Source of the DNA: an uncultured Pseudomonadales bacterium
GTDB taxonomy: Bacteria; Pseudomonadota; Gammaproteobacteria; Pseudomonadales; CANNCY01
DNA length: 64,000 bases
Direction of reading: 5' to 3'
Assembly: GCA_947503335.1 (NCBI GenBank)
Contig: CANNCY010000004.1
Location: 66,305 to 130,304 of the forward strand
Shown piece after piece: positions 40,972-54,482 of the stretch (position 1 is the first letter of the stretch; each line of letters starts with the position of its first letter). The notes below the pieces were generated by a model. The model saw nothing but the letters and a program-made list of their open reading frames with translations. It made no database searches and was not told the origin of the DNA. The position numbers were made by a program, and so were the translations under genes.

Positions 40972-41071
40972 GTTTGGTATCTAAATAGATTTTTTTGCCT
41001 TGTTATCTAACCCTGCATGGTTTAAAGACTTTTGGGTATGTAGTTGCTAACATCGATTTTGCTATTAAGGA

Positions 41072-41926
41072 GTGAGTCGATTGAAACCAGCACAATTGTC
41101 AGAACGCATTAATCAGTCACTGCCCAAGTTACGCCGATCTGAAGCAAAGGTGGCGGCTTACGTACTGAACCACATTAATGAAGTTATCAACTTTCGTATA
41201 GTTGATCTTGCACTTGCTACTGAAGTAAGTGAGCCTACGGTTGTTCGCTTTTGTAAGGCCATTGGTTGTGAGAGCTTTCAGCAGTTCAAATTGCAGGTTG
41301 CGCAACAGATTGCGTCATCACCAGGTAAGGGTAATGTTGCGGTTACTCACGAGGATAATTTAGCCCAGTCATCTCATAAGGTTTTTGACTCTACGGTAGA
41401 CGCTCTGCTCAAAACCAGAGATTCGCTATCTATCGATCTTCTTGAAAAAGTCGTCGATAGTTTGAATGCAGCCAAACATATTCATATTTTTGGTTTTGGC
41501 GCCTCTAGCGCTGTCGCTACCGATGCACAGCACAAACTCTTTAGGCTAAATCGTACCGCAACCGCCTATAGTGACCCTCATATTCAATTGATGGCCTCTG
41601 GTGCTATGGGTAATGATGATGTGGTTATCGCTATTTCACAAAGCGGTCAAACCAAAGCATTGATCGACTCTATTCTGCTGGCGCAAAGTTCTGGTGCCAC
41701 AGTGGTTAGTTTGGCGCCTACTGGCTCTATTGTGTCGCAAACAGCTGATTTAGCCATCGACGTAGATATTGATGAAGGAATCGAAATTTATACACCATTA
41801 AGTTCGCGTATTGCGCACTTGGTGGTCATTGATGTTATCGCTATAGGTTTAGCAAGGGCTGGGGGCGAAGAGGTGCATACACACCTCTTTAATATGCAAC
41901 AACGGTTAAGAGAGCTTAAGCGTTAG
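41072..41926 (+). CDS. RpiR/HexR-family transcriptional regulator (HTH plus SIS domain)
   Basis: 284 aa. HTH_6 region (VSEPTVVRFCKAIGCESFQQFKL) and SIS domain (IHIFGFGASSAVA...AISQSGQT). The TTG at 41081 is better spaced from the AAGGAG SD than the GTG at 41072. Confidence 0.75.
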   Translation: MSRLKPAQLSERINQSLPKLRRSEAKVAAYVLNHINEVINFRIVDLALATEVSEPTVVRFCKAIGCESFQQFKLQVAQQIASSPGKGNVAVTHEDNLAQSSHKVFDSTVDALLKTRDSLSIDLLEKVVDSLNAAKHIHIFGFGASSAVATDAQHKLFRLNRTATAYSDPHIQLMASGAMGNDDVVIAISQSGQTKALIDSILLAQSSGATVVSLAPTGSIVSQTADLAIDVDIDEGIEIYTPLSSRIAHLVVIDVIAIGLARAGGEEVHTHLFNMQQRLRELKR

Positions 41927-41938
41927 CAGCTAACGCTA

Positions 41939-42355
41939 TTAGCGCTTTTTACGCTCTTCTTGGTGTAGTGCACGCACCTGATCACGAATATCACTCACAA
42001 AAGCTCTATCACCTTTGATTTCGTATATAGACTTGATCATGCAAGGCATAGGGTGGCTGTCTTTACCAACAACACGAATACTGTCGAACCCTGCCTGTAA
42101 CGCACCACCTTTGGTGGGTGCTGCGATCGCATTGGCAAACCTTAGATCTCTACAACGGTTTTTGAAGGTGATCAGGTACTTGGTGTTCACACCACCATCA
42201 ATAATTAAGCTGTAATCATCAACATTCTGCCAAGCGTTGATCTTGTAATCTTGAATACGTTTAACCTCGGTTAAACCCATGTCAACATAGGCGTCAGCCA
42301 TTGCTGTTAATGGTGCAGTTAACGCTATCACACCTGCTAATAATAATTTTTTCAT
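41939..42355 (-). CDS. secreted hypothetical protein
   Basis: 138 aa. Clear signal peptide (MKKLLLAGVIALTAPLTAMA). Two Cys residues and a basic C-terminal tail. I cannot verify any recognisable catalytic motif. Confidence 0.55.
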   Translation of the reverse strand: MKKLLLAGVIALTAPLTAMADAYVDMGLTEVKRIQDYKINAWQNVDDYSLIIDGGVNTKYLITFKNRCRDLRFANAIAAPTKGGALQAGFDSIRVVGKDSHPMPCMIKSIYEIKGDRAFVSDIRDQVRALHQEERKKR

Positions 42356-42433
42356 ACAGCCTCCTTGTATGGATATAACCTAAGCGTACCCCAAAACCTG
42401 CGAACAGCAATAAGGGGTACCTGCTATAGTAGC

Positions 42434-44245
42434 TTATTCAACCGTTACTGACTTTGCCAAGTTTCTTGGTTGGTCAACATCGGTGCCTTTCATTACTGCT
42501 ACATGGTAAGACAACAGTTGTAACGGAATGTTGTATATAATTGGCGCAATACTGTCGTCAACATTTGGCACGTTAATACGATGATCAGCATCAATGTCAG
42601 TGCTTTGCTCAGCTAATACAAAAAGCTCACCACCACGTGATGACACTTCTTTTAGGTTTGAAGCAAGTTTTTCTAGTAGGTCATCTGTAGGCGCAACTGC
42701 AATTACCGGCATATCAGCATCAACCAATGCCAAAGGCCCATGTTTCAATTCGCCCGCAGCATAGGCTTCTGCATGAATATATGAGATCTCTTTTAGCTTT
42801 AAGGCCCCCTCCATTGCTACAGGGTGCTGTACACCGCGACCCAAGAATAGGGCGTGATGCTTATCGATGAATTGCTCAGATACCTTCGCGACAGCAGTAT
42901 CTAACTGTAAGACAGTCTCGATATGTGCAGGCAACGTACGTAGCGCGTCTGCCCAACCTTCTAACGATGTCTGCTGCTTAACTTGGTAAATTGCCATCGT
43001 CAGCATTTGTAACGCAATCAACTGTGCCGTGAACGCCTTTGTTGATGCTACACCAATTTCTGGGCCAGCTTTTGTCATAAAGGCTAGATCAGATTCTCGT
43101 ACTAACGAACTGTTCGGAGCATTACAAATTGTAAGCGAACCAATCAGGTGATCAGACGTTAGGTTACGCAGTGCGGCAAGAGTATCCATTGTCTCGCCTG
43201 ACTGTGAAATAGAAACGAATAATGTACCAGGCTGAACTACCTGCGGCTGATACCGATATTCTGACGCTACTTCGACCAACACAGGAATCTGACAGGCTTG
43301 TTCGATCCAACGTTTCGCAACAAGGCCCGCGTGATAGCTTGTACCACAGGCAACAATGTGTAGTGCTTGGGTATCCTTAAAAACGGCTTCGGCTTTTACA
43401 CCAAAAGATTCTATCAGTACTGAATCATCGACCAAGCGCCCTTCGATTGCATTAGATGCTACCACCGCTTGCTCGAAGATCTCTTTTTGCATGTAGTGAC
43501 GGTATTCACCCTTATCGGCGCCACCTTCGGCAGCGGCGATCTGAACCATCTCGCGCTCAACTTCGTTGCCTTCTCTATCGAAGATTCGAATAGAGTGGCG
43601 GCGTACTTCTGCAATGTCACCTTCTTCTAGATAGATAAAACGATCTGTAACCTGGTGCAATGCCATTGGGTCACTGGCAACAAAGTTTTCACCAAAACCA
43701 AGGCCTATCACTAGGGGCGAGCCTGCACGTGCTACTACTAAACGTTGTGGGTCGTTCTTATCGATGATGCCAAACGCGTAGGCGCCGGTTAGCTCGCCAG
43801 CCAACAGTTTTACACGCGTGAGTAGGTCATGATCATCCCCTAATGCCTGAAGTAAGTTCGCTACAACTTCGGTATCAGTGTCAGACTTAAACTCGAAACC
43901 TTCGGTTGATAAACGCTGCTTTATTTCGGCATAGTTTTCGATAATACCGTTGTGCACTACTGCAAAGCGTTCACTATTTGATAGGTGAGGGTGGGCATTA
44001 GGTGTAGAAGGCCCACCATGCGTTGCCCATCGAGTATGTGCGATGCCTAGTACACCACTTTGAGGCGTAGCCTTCTGAAGCGCGTCTACTTCAGCTACCT
44101 TTCCGGCAGCTTTTAAAACTTGGATATCGCCATCAAGCACTGCAATACCGGCAGAGTCATAGCCGCGGTACTCAAGACGCTTTAGGCCTTCAATTAGAAT
44201 TTCTGCAATAGGGCGGTTTGCAATCGCACCAACAATTCCACACAT
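42434..44245 (-). CDS. glmS: glutamine-fructose-6-phosphate aminotransferase
   Basis: 603 aa. MCGIVG N-terminal nucleophile, two SIS domains, and the C-terminal NLAKSVTVE. Confidence 0.95.
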   Translation of the reverse strand: MCGIVGAIANRPIAEILIEGLKRLEYRGYDSAGIAVLDGDIQVLKAAGKVAEVDALQKATPQSGVLGIAHTRWATHGGPSTPNAHPHLSNSERFAVVHNGIIENYAEIKQRLSTEGFEFKSDTDTEVVANLLQALGDDHDLLTRVKLLAGELTGAYAFGIIDKNDPQRLVVARAGSPLVIGLGFGENFVASDPMALHQVTDRFIYLEEGDIAEVRRHSIRIFDREGNEVEREMVQIAAAEGGADKGEYRHYMQKEIFEQAVVASNAIEGRLVDDSVLIESFGVKAEAVFKDTQALHIVACGTSYHAGLVAKRWIEQACQIPVLVEVASEYRYQPQVVQPGTLFVSISQSGETMDTLAALRNLTSDHLIGSLTICNAPNSSLVRESDLAFMTKAGPEIGVASTKAFTAQLIALQMLTMAIYQVKQQTSLEGWADALRTLPAHIETVLQLDTAVAKVSEQFIDKHHALFLGRGVQHPVAMEGALKLKEISYIHAEAYAAGELKHGPLALVDADMPVIAVAPTDDLLEKLASNLKEVSSRGGELFVLAEQSTDIDADHRINVPNVDDSIAPIIYNIPLQLLSYHVAVMKGTDVDQPRNLAKSVTVE

Positions 44246-44266
44246 AGTAACTCCTAACGCGATTTA

Positions 44267-45622
44267 TTATTTTTTAGGGCGAGGCCAATCTTTAACGGTA
44301 CGTACTTTCGCACGCGTCACCGCTAGGGTATCGGCATCAACATCAGCGCTAATGGTTGACCCTGCGCCAGTCGTAGCCTTATCACCTAACGTAACCGGCG
44401 CCACTAATGATGTATTCGAACCAATGAATACATCGTTACCGAGAGTTGTTTTATGCTTTCTTGCACCGTCGTAGTTACAGGTAATGGTTCCGGCGCCCAC
44501 ATTGACGCGCTCGCCTAGTTCGGCATCACCCACGTAGCTTAGGTGATTAATCTTTGAGCCTTTGCCCACAGACGCATTTTTCGTCTCTACGAAATTGCCA
44601 ACTTTTGTTTCATCGCTTAATTGCGTACCCGGTCTAATTCTAGCGAACGGCCCGATTGCTGCCTGTTTACCTACATGACTCGCGTCAATGATTGAGTTAG
44701 CTTCGATCGTAGTACCCTCTGAAATGACCGAATCAGTGATCATACAGTTTGGCCCGATTACAACACCATCACCTAGAACTACATCCCCGTTAAGTACCAC
44801 GTTGACATCGATCTGCACGTCGCGGCCAACCGTGACAGAGCCTCTAATATCAAGGCGCATCGGGTCACGCACGGTGCAACCCTGAACCATCAGTTCACGC
44901 ACGCGTTTAGCACGCATGTAGGCTTCCATCTCTGCCTGCTGGATACGATCATTAACACCCGTCACACAATCGGCATCAGCAACACAATGGGCCACTACCG
45001 AGCGTTTTTCGTGTACAGCCATCTCAACGATGTCAGTTAAATAATACTCGCCCTGCGCATTGTTGTTAGACAGCGCTGCTAACCATTCGTTAAGACGGTG
45101 GGTGTTAACCACCATGATACCGGTGTTGATTTCATCAACTGCTTTTTCTGCGTCGTCAGCATCTTTTTCTTCAATGATACGAACAACTTGGCCCGATGAT
45201 TCGCGAATAACACGACCGTATCCGGTTGGGTTGTCTAGTTTTGTGGTCATTAACGCAAGACCACCATCATAGATATCAATTAATGACTGAAGTTCTTCCT
45301 TTGGGATACAGGGTACATCACCGTATAGAATCAATGTGGGTAGCGACTGTTCTAGTTCGCTTGTACCACATTTTACAGCATGACCAGTACCTAACTGTTG
45401 ATCTTGTAGATGCCAATTGATTTCAGAATCAGCGAAAGCTTCTTCGACAAGTGACGCACCGTGACCAACGACAACGTTTGCGACGTTGTTAAAAGCGCTA
45501 GCGGTATCTAGCACATGACCTAGCATTGGTTTTTCGGCAACAGGGTGTAATACCTTAGGAAGGTCTGACTTCATTCGACTGCCTTTACCGGCAGCAAGTA
45601 TTAATACATTTACTTCAGTCAT
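44267..45622 (-). CDS. glmU: bifunctional UDP-N-acetylglucosamine pyrophosphorylase / GlcN-1-P acetyltransferase
   Basis: 451 aa. LAAGKGSRM motif and C-terminal left-handed beta-helix hexapeptide repeats. Lies downstream of atpC, as in many gammaproteobacteria. Confidence 0.95.
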   Translation of the reverse strand: MTEVNVLILAAGKGSRMKSDLPKVLHPVAEKPMLGHVLDTASAFNNVANVVVGHGASLVEEAFADSEINWHLQDQQLGTGHAVKCGTSELEQSLPTLILYGDVPCIPKEELQSLIDIYDGGLALMTTKLDNPTGYGRVIRESSGQVVRIIEEKDADDAEKAVDEINTGIMVVNTHRLNEWLAALSNNNAQGEYYLTDIVEMAVHEKRSVVAHCVADADCVTGVNDRIQQAEMEAYMRAKRVRELMVQGCTVRDPMRLDIRGSVTVGRDVQIDVNVVLNGDVVLGDGVVIGPNCMITDSVISEGTTIEANSIIDASHVGKQAAIGPFARIRPGTQLSDETKVGNFVETKNASVGKGSKINHLSYVGDAELGERVNVGAGTITCNYDGARKHKTTLGNDVFIGSNTSLVAPVTLGDKATTGAGSTISADVDADTLAVTRAKVRTVKDWPRPKK

Positions 45623-45671
45623 TGATATAAATCTTATCTATTTTTGTTCTCTATTTATGACAGCGTTAGAC

Positions 45672-45700
45672 AAAAAAGGCCACTCATAGAGTGGCCTTTT
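45672..45700 (-). terminator. intrinsic terminator of the atp operon
   Basis: The minus strand reads AAAAGGCCACTC-TAT-GAGTGGCCTTTTTT and begins 6 nt after the atpC stop. Confidence 0.65.
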
Positions 45701-45705
45701 GTGGG

Positions 45706-46131
45706 TCATTGACCCAGTTTTTTCTTGATCGCCTGTAGCGTTCTGAGCTGTGCAACAGCCTCTGCGAGGTGAGCAGATGCTCGACTGTAATCAAAGTCTG
45801 CCCCCTGCTCAGATAGTGCACGCTCTGCGGCTTCTTTCGCTTCAAGGGCTGCAGCCTCTTGAATGTCATCAGCTCGCAATGCGGTATCAGCAAGTACGCT
45901 GACAGACTGTGGCTGAACTTCGAGGAACCCACCTGAAATGTAGTAAACCTCTTCGTCACCGCCATCTTTTACTACGCGAATTGGGCCGGGCTTTAAAGCA
46001 GTCAATAACGGCGCGTGGCCATACTGAATACCTAGATCACCCAGCTCGCCCGCGGCGACAATCATCTCTACCAAACCAGAGAAAATCTCTTCTTCGGCGC
46101 TTACGATGTCGCAGTGTACGGTCATTGCCAT
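45706..46131 (-). CDS. atpC: F1 ATP synthase epsilon subunit
   Basis: 141 aa. Last gene of the atp operon, with a typical epsilon N-terminus ([15 protein letters not shown]). Confidence 0.9.
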   Translation of the reverse strand: MAMTVHCDIVSAEEEIFSGLVEMIVAAGELGDLGIQYGHAPLLTALKPGPIRVVKDGGDEEVYYISGGFLEVQPQSVSVLADTALRADDIQEAAALEAKEAAERALSEQGADFDYSRASAHLAEAVAQLRTLQAIKKKLGQ

Positions 46132-46162
46132 TAGTCGTCTCCTAAAAGGTGGCTAGGCCACC

Positions 46163-47581
<1,419 letters not shown>

Positions 47582-47605
47582 TTAAATTCGTTACTAATCG
47601 CCGGG

Positions 47606-48466
47606 TTATACCGCGGCAGCGCCGCCGCAAATCTCAGAAAGCTCCTGAGTAATTGCCGCTTGGCGAGCTTTGTTGTACATCAACTGTAGATCGTCAATGA
47701 GCTCGCCCGCGTTATCGGTAGCGTTTTTCATCGCTAGCATACGCGCTGCCTGCTCACAGGCTTTGTTCTCTACAACGCCCTGATACACCTGCGACTCTAC
47801 GTAACGCGCCAACAGGCCATCGAGTAACTCTTTGGCGTCGGGTTCGTACACATAATCCCAGTGGTGTTTATATTGCTCGTTTTCTTCTGCCTCTAGAGGT
47901 AAAAGCTGATCAATACGAGCCTGCTGAGTCATGGTGTTAACAAACTCGTTGCTCACAACATACAGACGATCGATCTTGCCTTCATCAAAGGCATCAAGCA
48001 TAACTTTTACGCCACCTAGTAATGACTCAGCCTTCGGCTCATCACCTACGTCACGAATCGCTGCAACTACATTGCCACCAAAGCTCTGGAAGAAACCAGA
48101 TGCCTTGTTACCCACGGTGCACAAATCAACCTGTACTTCTTTATCTGACCATTCTTTCATGTCTTTAACCAACGCCTTGAATAGGTTGGTGTTTAGACCG
48201 CCACATAGGCCTCGGTCAGTAGAAACAACGATATAACCAACACGCTTTACTTCACGCTGTGTTAGATAAAGATGATTGTACTCAGGGTTTGCATTAGCAA
48301 GGTGGCCGATTACTGCGCGAATACGGCTCGCATAGGGCTTGCCCAGCTGCATACGCTGCTGTGCCTTACGCATTTTACTAGCGGCAACCATCTCCATTGC
48401 ACTCGTAATTTTCTGAGTACTTTGGATACTGGCGATTTTAGTACGGACTTCTTTTCCGACTGCCAT
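47606..48466 (-). CDS. atpG: F1 ATP synthase gamma subunit
   Basis: 286 aa. [36 protein letters not shown] is a canonical gamma N-terminus. Confidence 0.95.
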   Translation of the reverse strand: MAVGKEVRTKIASIQSTQKITSAMEMVAASKMRKAQQRMQLGKPYASRIRAVIGHLANANPEYNHLYLTQREVKRVGYIVVSTDRGLCGGLNTNLFKALVKDMKEWSDKEVQVDLCTVGNKASGFFQSFGGNVVAAIRDVGDEPKAESLLGGVKVMLDAFDEGKIDRLYVVSNEFVNTMTQQARIDQLLPLEAEENEQYKHHWDYVYEPDAKELLDGLLARYVESQVYQGVVENKACEQAARMLAMKNATDNAGELIDDLQLMYNKARQAAITQELSEICGGAAAV

Positions 48467-48515
48467 AGTTCTACCTTCTAATCACAGCCTCGGAATTAAC
48501 CGAGGCTCAATTTGC

Positions 48516-50060
48516 TTACCAAGTTTGAGTGTTTTTAAACGTCTCAATCAGTGACTTGAACGTCTCTTCAACTTCACCGTCATAACGACCTGATTCGTTG
48601 ATTTCGTTCAATAGGGCGCCTTGCTCAGACTGCGCGTATGCAATCAAAGCTGCTTCGAAATCTAGTACCTTGTTTACAGGTACGTCATTCATGTAACCCT
48701 TGTCTACTGCGTATAGAACAACACCCATTTCAGCGATGTTCATTGGCGAGTACTGCTTCTGCTTCATTAGCTCAGTTACACGCTCACCATGATCTAGCTG
48801 TGCTTTAGTAGCATCATCTAGGTCAGAAGCGAACTGAGAGAACGCTGCTAGGTCGCGATACTGTGCTAGTGCAGTACGAATACCACCCGATAGCTTCTTA
48901 ATGATCTTAGTCTGTGCTGAACCACCTACACGAGATACCGAGATACCTGGGTTGATCGCAGGACGTACACCAGAGTTAAACAGTGAAGTCTCTAGGAAGA
49001 TCTGACCATCGGTAATCGAAATTACGTTGGTTGGTACGAATGCAGATACGTCACCTGCCTGAGTTTCAATGATCGGAAGTGCGGTCAAAGAACCAGTCTT
49101 GCCTTTCACTTCGCCATTGGTCATCTGTTCTACGTATTCAGCGTTAACACGAGCAGCACGCTCTAGTAGGCGTGAGTGCAAGTAGAATACGTCACCAGGA
49201 TATGCTTCACGGCCAGGAGGACGCTTAAGTAGTAGCGAGATCTGACGGTATGCCCAAGCCTGCTTTGTTAGATCATCATAAATGATCAAAGCATCTTCAC
49301 CGCGGTCACGGTAGTACTCGCCCATTGTACAACCAGCGTATGGAGCAATGAACTGAGTAGAAGCTGGGTCTGCAGCGCCGGCAGCAACAACGGTGGTGTA
49401 TTCCATCGCGCCGTGCTCTTCAAGCTTACGTACAACGCTAGCGATCGAAGATTGCTTCTGACCTACTGCTACGTAAACACACTTAACGCCTTTACCTTTC
49501 TGGTTGATGATCGCATCAACAGCTACTGCTGATTTACCAACCTGACGGTCACCAATGATAAGTTCACGCTGGCCACGACCGATTGGAACCATCGAGTCGA
49601 TTGCCTTGATACCTGTCTGTAGTGGCTGATCTACCGACTGACGAGCAATTACGCCAGGAGCAACCTTTTCTACAGGAGCAGTTTCTTTAGCATTGACTGG
49701 GCCTTTACCATCAATTGGGTTACCTAGAGCGTCAACAACACGACCTTCTAGTTCTGGACCAACAGGTACTTCAAGGATACGGCCGGTGCACTTACATACC
49801 TGACCTTCACGAAGTGACTGGTAGTCACCCAATACGATTGCACCTACCGAGTCACGCTCAAGGTTAAGTGCCATACCGTAAATGCCGCCTTCAAATTCGA
49901 TCATCTCACCGTACATTACGTCGGCTAGACCGTGGATGCGGATAATACCGTCAGACACCGATACGATGGTGCCTTCTGTTTGAGCTTCGGTGTTAACCTC
50001 AAGCTTCTCAATGCGACTTTTGATGATGTCGCTAATTTCTGATGGATTCAGTTGTTGCAT
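48516..50060 (-). CDS. atpA: F1 ATP synthase alpha subunit
   Basis: 514 aa. Walker A GDRQVGKS and conserved alpha motifs. Confidence 0.95.
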   Translation of the reverse strand: MQQLNPSEISDIIKSRIEKLEVNTEAQTEGTIVSVSDGIIRIHGLADVMYGEMIEFEGGIYGMALNLERDSVGAIVLGDYQSLREGQVCKCTGRILEVPVGPELEGRVVDALGNPIDGKGPVNAKETAPVEKVAPGVIARQSVDQPLQTGIKAIDSMVPIGRGQRELIIGDRQVGKSAVAVDAIINQKGKGVKCVYVAVGQKQSSIASVVRKLEEHGAMEYTTVVAAGAADPASTQFIAPYAGCTMGEYYRDRGEDALIIYDDLTKQAWAYRQISLLLKRPPGREAYPGDVFYLHSRLLERAARVNAEYVEQMTNGEVKGKTGSLTALPIIETQAGDVSAFVPTNVISITDGQIFLETSLFNSGVRPAINPGISVSRVGGSAQTKIIKKLSGGIRTALAQYRDLAAFSQFASDLDDATKAQLDHGERVTELMKQKQYSPMNIAEMGVVLYAVDKGYMNDVPVNKVLDFEAALIAYAQSEQGALLNEINESGRYDGEVEETFKSLIETFKNTQTW

Positions 50061-50081
50061 TTTTTGTCCTCAACCCTGATA

Positions 50082-50618
50082 TCAGGAGTACATTGCCTCT
50101 GCGAGTTTAGTTAATCGGCCTTTCAGTGAGCCGTCGATAACAGTGTCACCAGCCTTTACTACAACACCGCCAATCAATGACTTATCGGTGTGGGTAGAGA
50201 CACGTACATCTCGCTGTAGGGAGCGTTTTAGGGCGGTCGCCAATTCTTCGGTAGCAGCATCGTCTAGATCGTATGCAGAGGTAACCTCTACATCAACACA
50301 ACGTTCTTGCTCAGCCTTGAAGTGATCGAATTGGGCAGCGATTTCTTCTAAAAGAAGCAAGCGCTTGTTTTCGCCCAAAAGGCGAGTAAAGTTTTCAACC
50401 TCGGGCAATAACTCGCCGTTGGCTAGCTCAACAATCGCGTTTGCCTGGTCTTCACCCGACAAAGTAGGCGACGTAATCAGAGCAATCACTTTCTCATGTG
50501 CCGCGATGCGCGCCAAAGTTGTCAGCGCGTTAGACCATTCGCTAAGCTTGCCTGCTTCGTTAGCAAACATAAATGCAGCTTTAGCATATGGGCGCGCAAG
50601 TGTTGATAATTCAGCCAT
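50082..50618 (-). CDS. atpH: F1 ATP synthase delta subunit
   Basis: 178 aa. OSCP/delta family (ARPYAKAAF), with the expected operon position. Confidence 0.9.
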   Translation of the reverse strand: MAELSTLARPYAKAAFMFANEAGKLSEWSNALTTLARIAAHEKVIALITSPTLSGEDQANAIVELANGELLPEVENFTRLLGENKRLLLLEEIAAQFDHFKAEQERCVDVEVTSAYDLDDAATEELATALKRSLQRDVRVSTHTDKSLIGGVVVKAGDTVIDGSLKGRLTKLAEAMYS

Positions 50619-50632
50619 GACAATCTCCGCGC

Positions 50633-51103
50633 TTAAAGCTTCTCAGATAGCTTTTTCAATAGATCTGCATGAGCAGACGCATCGACTTCGCTTTCGATTA
50701 CTTTTTCAGCACCTTCGATTACTAGAGCAGCAACCTTACCACGCAATTCTTCGCGAGCACGGCTAGTTTCTAGTTCGATCTCAGCTTGTGCTGCAGCTTT
50801 CATGCGTTCGCCTTCAGCTTGACCGCTAGCTTGACCTTCTTCAACGATTTGCGTAGCACGCTTGTTCGCTGAGTCTACGATCTCTGCTGCCTGCGACTTA
50901 GCGTCAGATAGAATCTTAACTGCTTTCTTTTGCGCGAGCTCTAACTCATGATCTGCGCGCTCTGCATTGTTAAGACCTTCGGCAATCTTAGCCTCACGTT
51001 CTTTCATAGCGTTCAGGATATGCGGCCATACATACTGCCAGCAGAACCAAACGAACACTAAGAAGATTAGCGATTGGCCGATCAGTGTTAAATTGATATT
51101 CAC
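50633..51103 (-). CDS. atpF: F0 ATP synthase subunit b
   Basis: 156 aa. One N-terminal TM helix followed by a long charged helix. Expected operon position. Confidence 0.9.
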   Translation of the reverse strand: MNINLTLIGQSLIFLVFVWFCWQYVWPHILNAMKEREAKIAEGLNNAERADHELELAQKKAVKILSDAKSQAAEIVDSANKRATQIVEEGQASGQAEGERMKAAAQAEIELETSRAREELRGKVAALVIEGAEKVIESEVDASAHADLLKKLSEKL

Positions 51104-51155
51104 AGGGTAGCCCCTTTCATTGATTCGTGTTTATGGGTACTTAAGACTTCGCAGA

Positions 51156-51386
<231 letters not shown>

Positions 51387-51434
51387 TTACTCCGTAGCTT
51401 CTATTGAGCGTTAAATTAAATAAAGGTTATTGGA

Positions 51435-52289
<855 letters not shown>

Positions 52290-52311
52290 CTAATTTCAAC
52301 TCTGACAGTGT

Positions 52312-52659
52312 TTAGTGTGTAGTAGCTAAGCGTCGTGCAATTAAGACATCAACAGCTATAGCCACAGCATAGTTTGCAATCACCGTGATCATCGATAGAT
52401 TGGGTGCAAATTTAAACATTGCCCCAAAGAAAACCACGGTAAACAAAAATTTTACAGTTTCAGCCCTTTTAAACCCCTGAATCCAGGTGACCACGTTGTG
52501 AGGATCTAACCCATTGACCCGTGCGTACAACCAAGCGTTCGGAATAAAACAAGCCATCACTCCCAACATCGCACTCTTGGTAAGATGAGGGGCTACAAGC
52601 ATATATGCTGTCAAGACAAGCAATCCATAGATAAAAAGAACTATTAGATACTGTCTCAT
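52312..52659 (-). CDS. atpI: ATP synthase protein I
   Basis: 115-aa hydrophobic protein encoded first in the atp operon. Confidence 0.7.
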   Translation of the reverse strand: MRQYLIVLFIYGLLVLTAYMLVAPHLTKSAMLGVMACFIPNAWLYARVNGLDPHNVVTWIQGFKRAETVKFLFTVVFFGAMFKFAPNLSMITVIANYAVAIAVDVLIARRLATTH

Positions 52660-52770
52660 TTCGCGTATTTACTCGTTTGACGCGCTTATTAAAGGCGCGA
52701 GAATTATAGTTTTTTAGGTATGACTATTCAACTAAAGCGATTGGGCTATATATGCATATCTAATGGGAAT

Positions 52771-53673
52771 TTACCCTATATGCGCCAAAATGCCGTCTAG
52801 CTCATCGAGACTGTTGTACTTAAGAACCAACTTACCCTTACCTTTAGCACTATGATCGATAGATACAGGCACACCAATTTTCTCGGATAGGTCTGATTCG
52901 AGCCGCTGGATATCGGCAGAAACAGGCTTCTCTTGCTTTTCGGCGGTAGGTTGTTGCAGCTTACGTACCAATGCCTCTGCCTGACGCACTGACAACCCCT
53001 TTGCAATCACCTGGCTCGCCACGCTTTTCTGATCGGCATCAGCTAGGGTTAACATTGCTCTTGCATGGCCCATCTCAATATCGCCATGCTCTAGGTAAGT
53101 GCGTACATCAGGTGTTAGCATCATTAAGCGTAATAGATTTGTCACTGTAGATCGTGACTTGCCAACCGCTTCAGCAACTTCTGCTTGAGTTAACTCAAAC
53201 TCTTCTTGCAACCGCTTTAACGCTATCGCTTCTTCGATGGGGTTTAAATCTTCTCGCTGAATGTTTTCAATCAAAGCCATCGCAACTGTGGCTTCATCGC
53301 TGACATCACGCACAATACAGGCGATTTCATGAATTTGCGCTAGCTGTGTTGCACGCCAGCGACGCTCACCAGCGATAATCTCATATCGATTGTCACCCGA
53401 TACTGGGCGAACAATGATTGGCTGCATCAACCCCTGAGCCTTGATCGATGCTGCTAGCTCTTCTAGCGCCTCTGACTGCATTTCACGGCGAGGTTGATAG
53501 CGACCTGGCTGTAAAAACTCAACCGGCAGCATCGTAATGGTTTCGCCTTGCTGCAGTTCGCCCACCTGAATGGGAGCTAAACCTGATTGATCAGATTTTT
53601 CAGCCTGCTCTTTAACCGTCTCACTCAGCAATGCAGTGAGAGACTTTCCTAATTTTGCTTTTTTACCTGCCAT
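52771..53673 (-). CDS. parB: chromosome partitioning protein ParB
   Basis: 300 aa. ParB box (PIIVRP...YEIIAGERRWRA) and HTH (LTQAEVAEAVGKSRSTVTN). Confidence 0.9.
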   Translation of the reverse strand: MAGKKAKLGKSLTALLSETVKEQAEKSDQSGLAPIQVGELQQGETITMLPVEFLQPGRYQPRREMQSEALEELAASIKAQGLMQPIIVRPVSGDNRYEIIAGERRWRATQLAQIHEIACIVRDVSDEATVAMALIENIQREDLNPIEEAIALKRLQEEFELTQAEVAEAVGKSRSTVTNLLRLMMLTPDVRTYLEHGDIEMGHARAMLTLADADQKSVASQVIAKGLSVRQAEALVRKLQQPTAEKQEKPVSADIQRLESDLSEKIGVPVSIDHSAKGKGKLVLKYNSLDELDGILAHIG

Positions 53674-53689
53674 GGTCGCCTCGTTATTA

Positions 53690-54478
53690 TTATGATGCCA
53701 TCAATGATGGTTGCTTTTCGTTACGGCGAATCATTTCACCAGCTAGGGCTAAGTAGGCTACAGCCCCCTTTGACTTGCGGTCGTAATTCAATACAGGCAA
53801 ACCAAAACTTGGCGCCTCAGCCAAACGTACGTTTCTTGGAATAACCGTACGATATAAACGATCACCAAAGAAATCGCTTAACTGTGCCGATACCTCGTTG
53901 GTTAAACTGTTTCTTGGGTCATACATAGTACGCAATATACCCTCAACCTCTAGCTCAGGATTAAGTACATCTCTAATTTGGGTGATGGTATCCATTAACG
54001 CCGACAGGCCTTCTAACGCATAGTATTCGCACTGCATTGGTATCAACACACCATTTGCAGCTACAAGCGCATTCACTGTTAGCATCGACAGCGACGGTGG
54101 GCAATCGATAATGATGTAATCGTACTCTCTCTTTACCGCATCAATGGCGCGCTTTAGGCGAGTCTCTCGGGCTAGCATTTCAAGCAGCTGAACCTCTGCA
54201 GCCGTCAGGTCGCCATTTGCCGCAACCACATCATACTTAGCCTCTGGTGCCTGTACGCGCGACTCAGCAATCGATTTGCCATCAACCAGCACATTTAGCG
54301 CACTTAGCTCGACATCATTCTTTTCGACACCTGACCCCATCGTGGCATTACCCTGAGGATCAAGATCAATCAAAAGCACACGCTTTTTGGTCGCCACTAA
54401 CGACGCCGCAAGGTTTACACTGGTAGTTGTTTTACCCACACCACCTTTTTGATTGGTTACTGCGTATATCTTGGTCAC
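53690..54478 (-). CDS. parA: chromosome partitioning ATPase ParA/Soj
   Basis: 262 aa with the deviant Walker A KGGVGKTT. Confidence 0.9.
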   Translation of the reverse strand: MTKIYAVTNQKGGVGKTTTSVNLAASLVATKKRVLLIDLDPQGNATMGSGVEKNDVELSALNVLVDGKSIAESRVQAPEAKYDVVAANGDLTAAEVQLLEMLARETRLKRAIDAVKREYDYIIIDCPPSLSMLTVNALVAANGVLIPMQCEYYALEGLSALMDTITQIRDVLNPELEVEGILRTMYDPRNSLTNEVSAQLSDFFGDRLYRTVIPRNVRLAEAPSFGLPVLNYDRKSKGAVAYLALAGEMIRRNEKQPSLMAS

Positions 54479-54482
54479 CAGC

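Noticed and set aside
42391-42422. Hairpin GTACCCC...GGGGTAC downstream of glmS, considered as a terminator.
   Set aside because: It has a 21-nt loop and no T-run on the relevant (minus) strand, so it is too weak to call.
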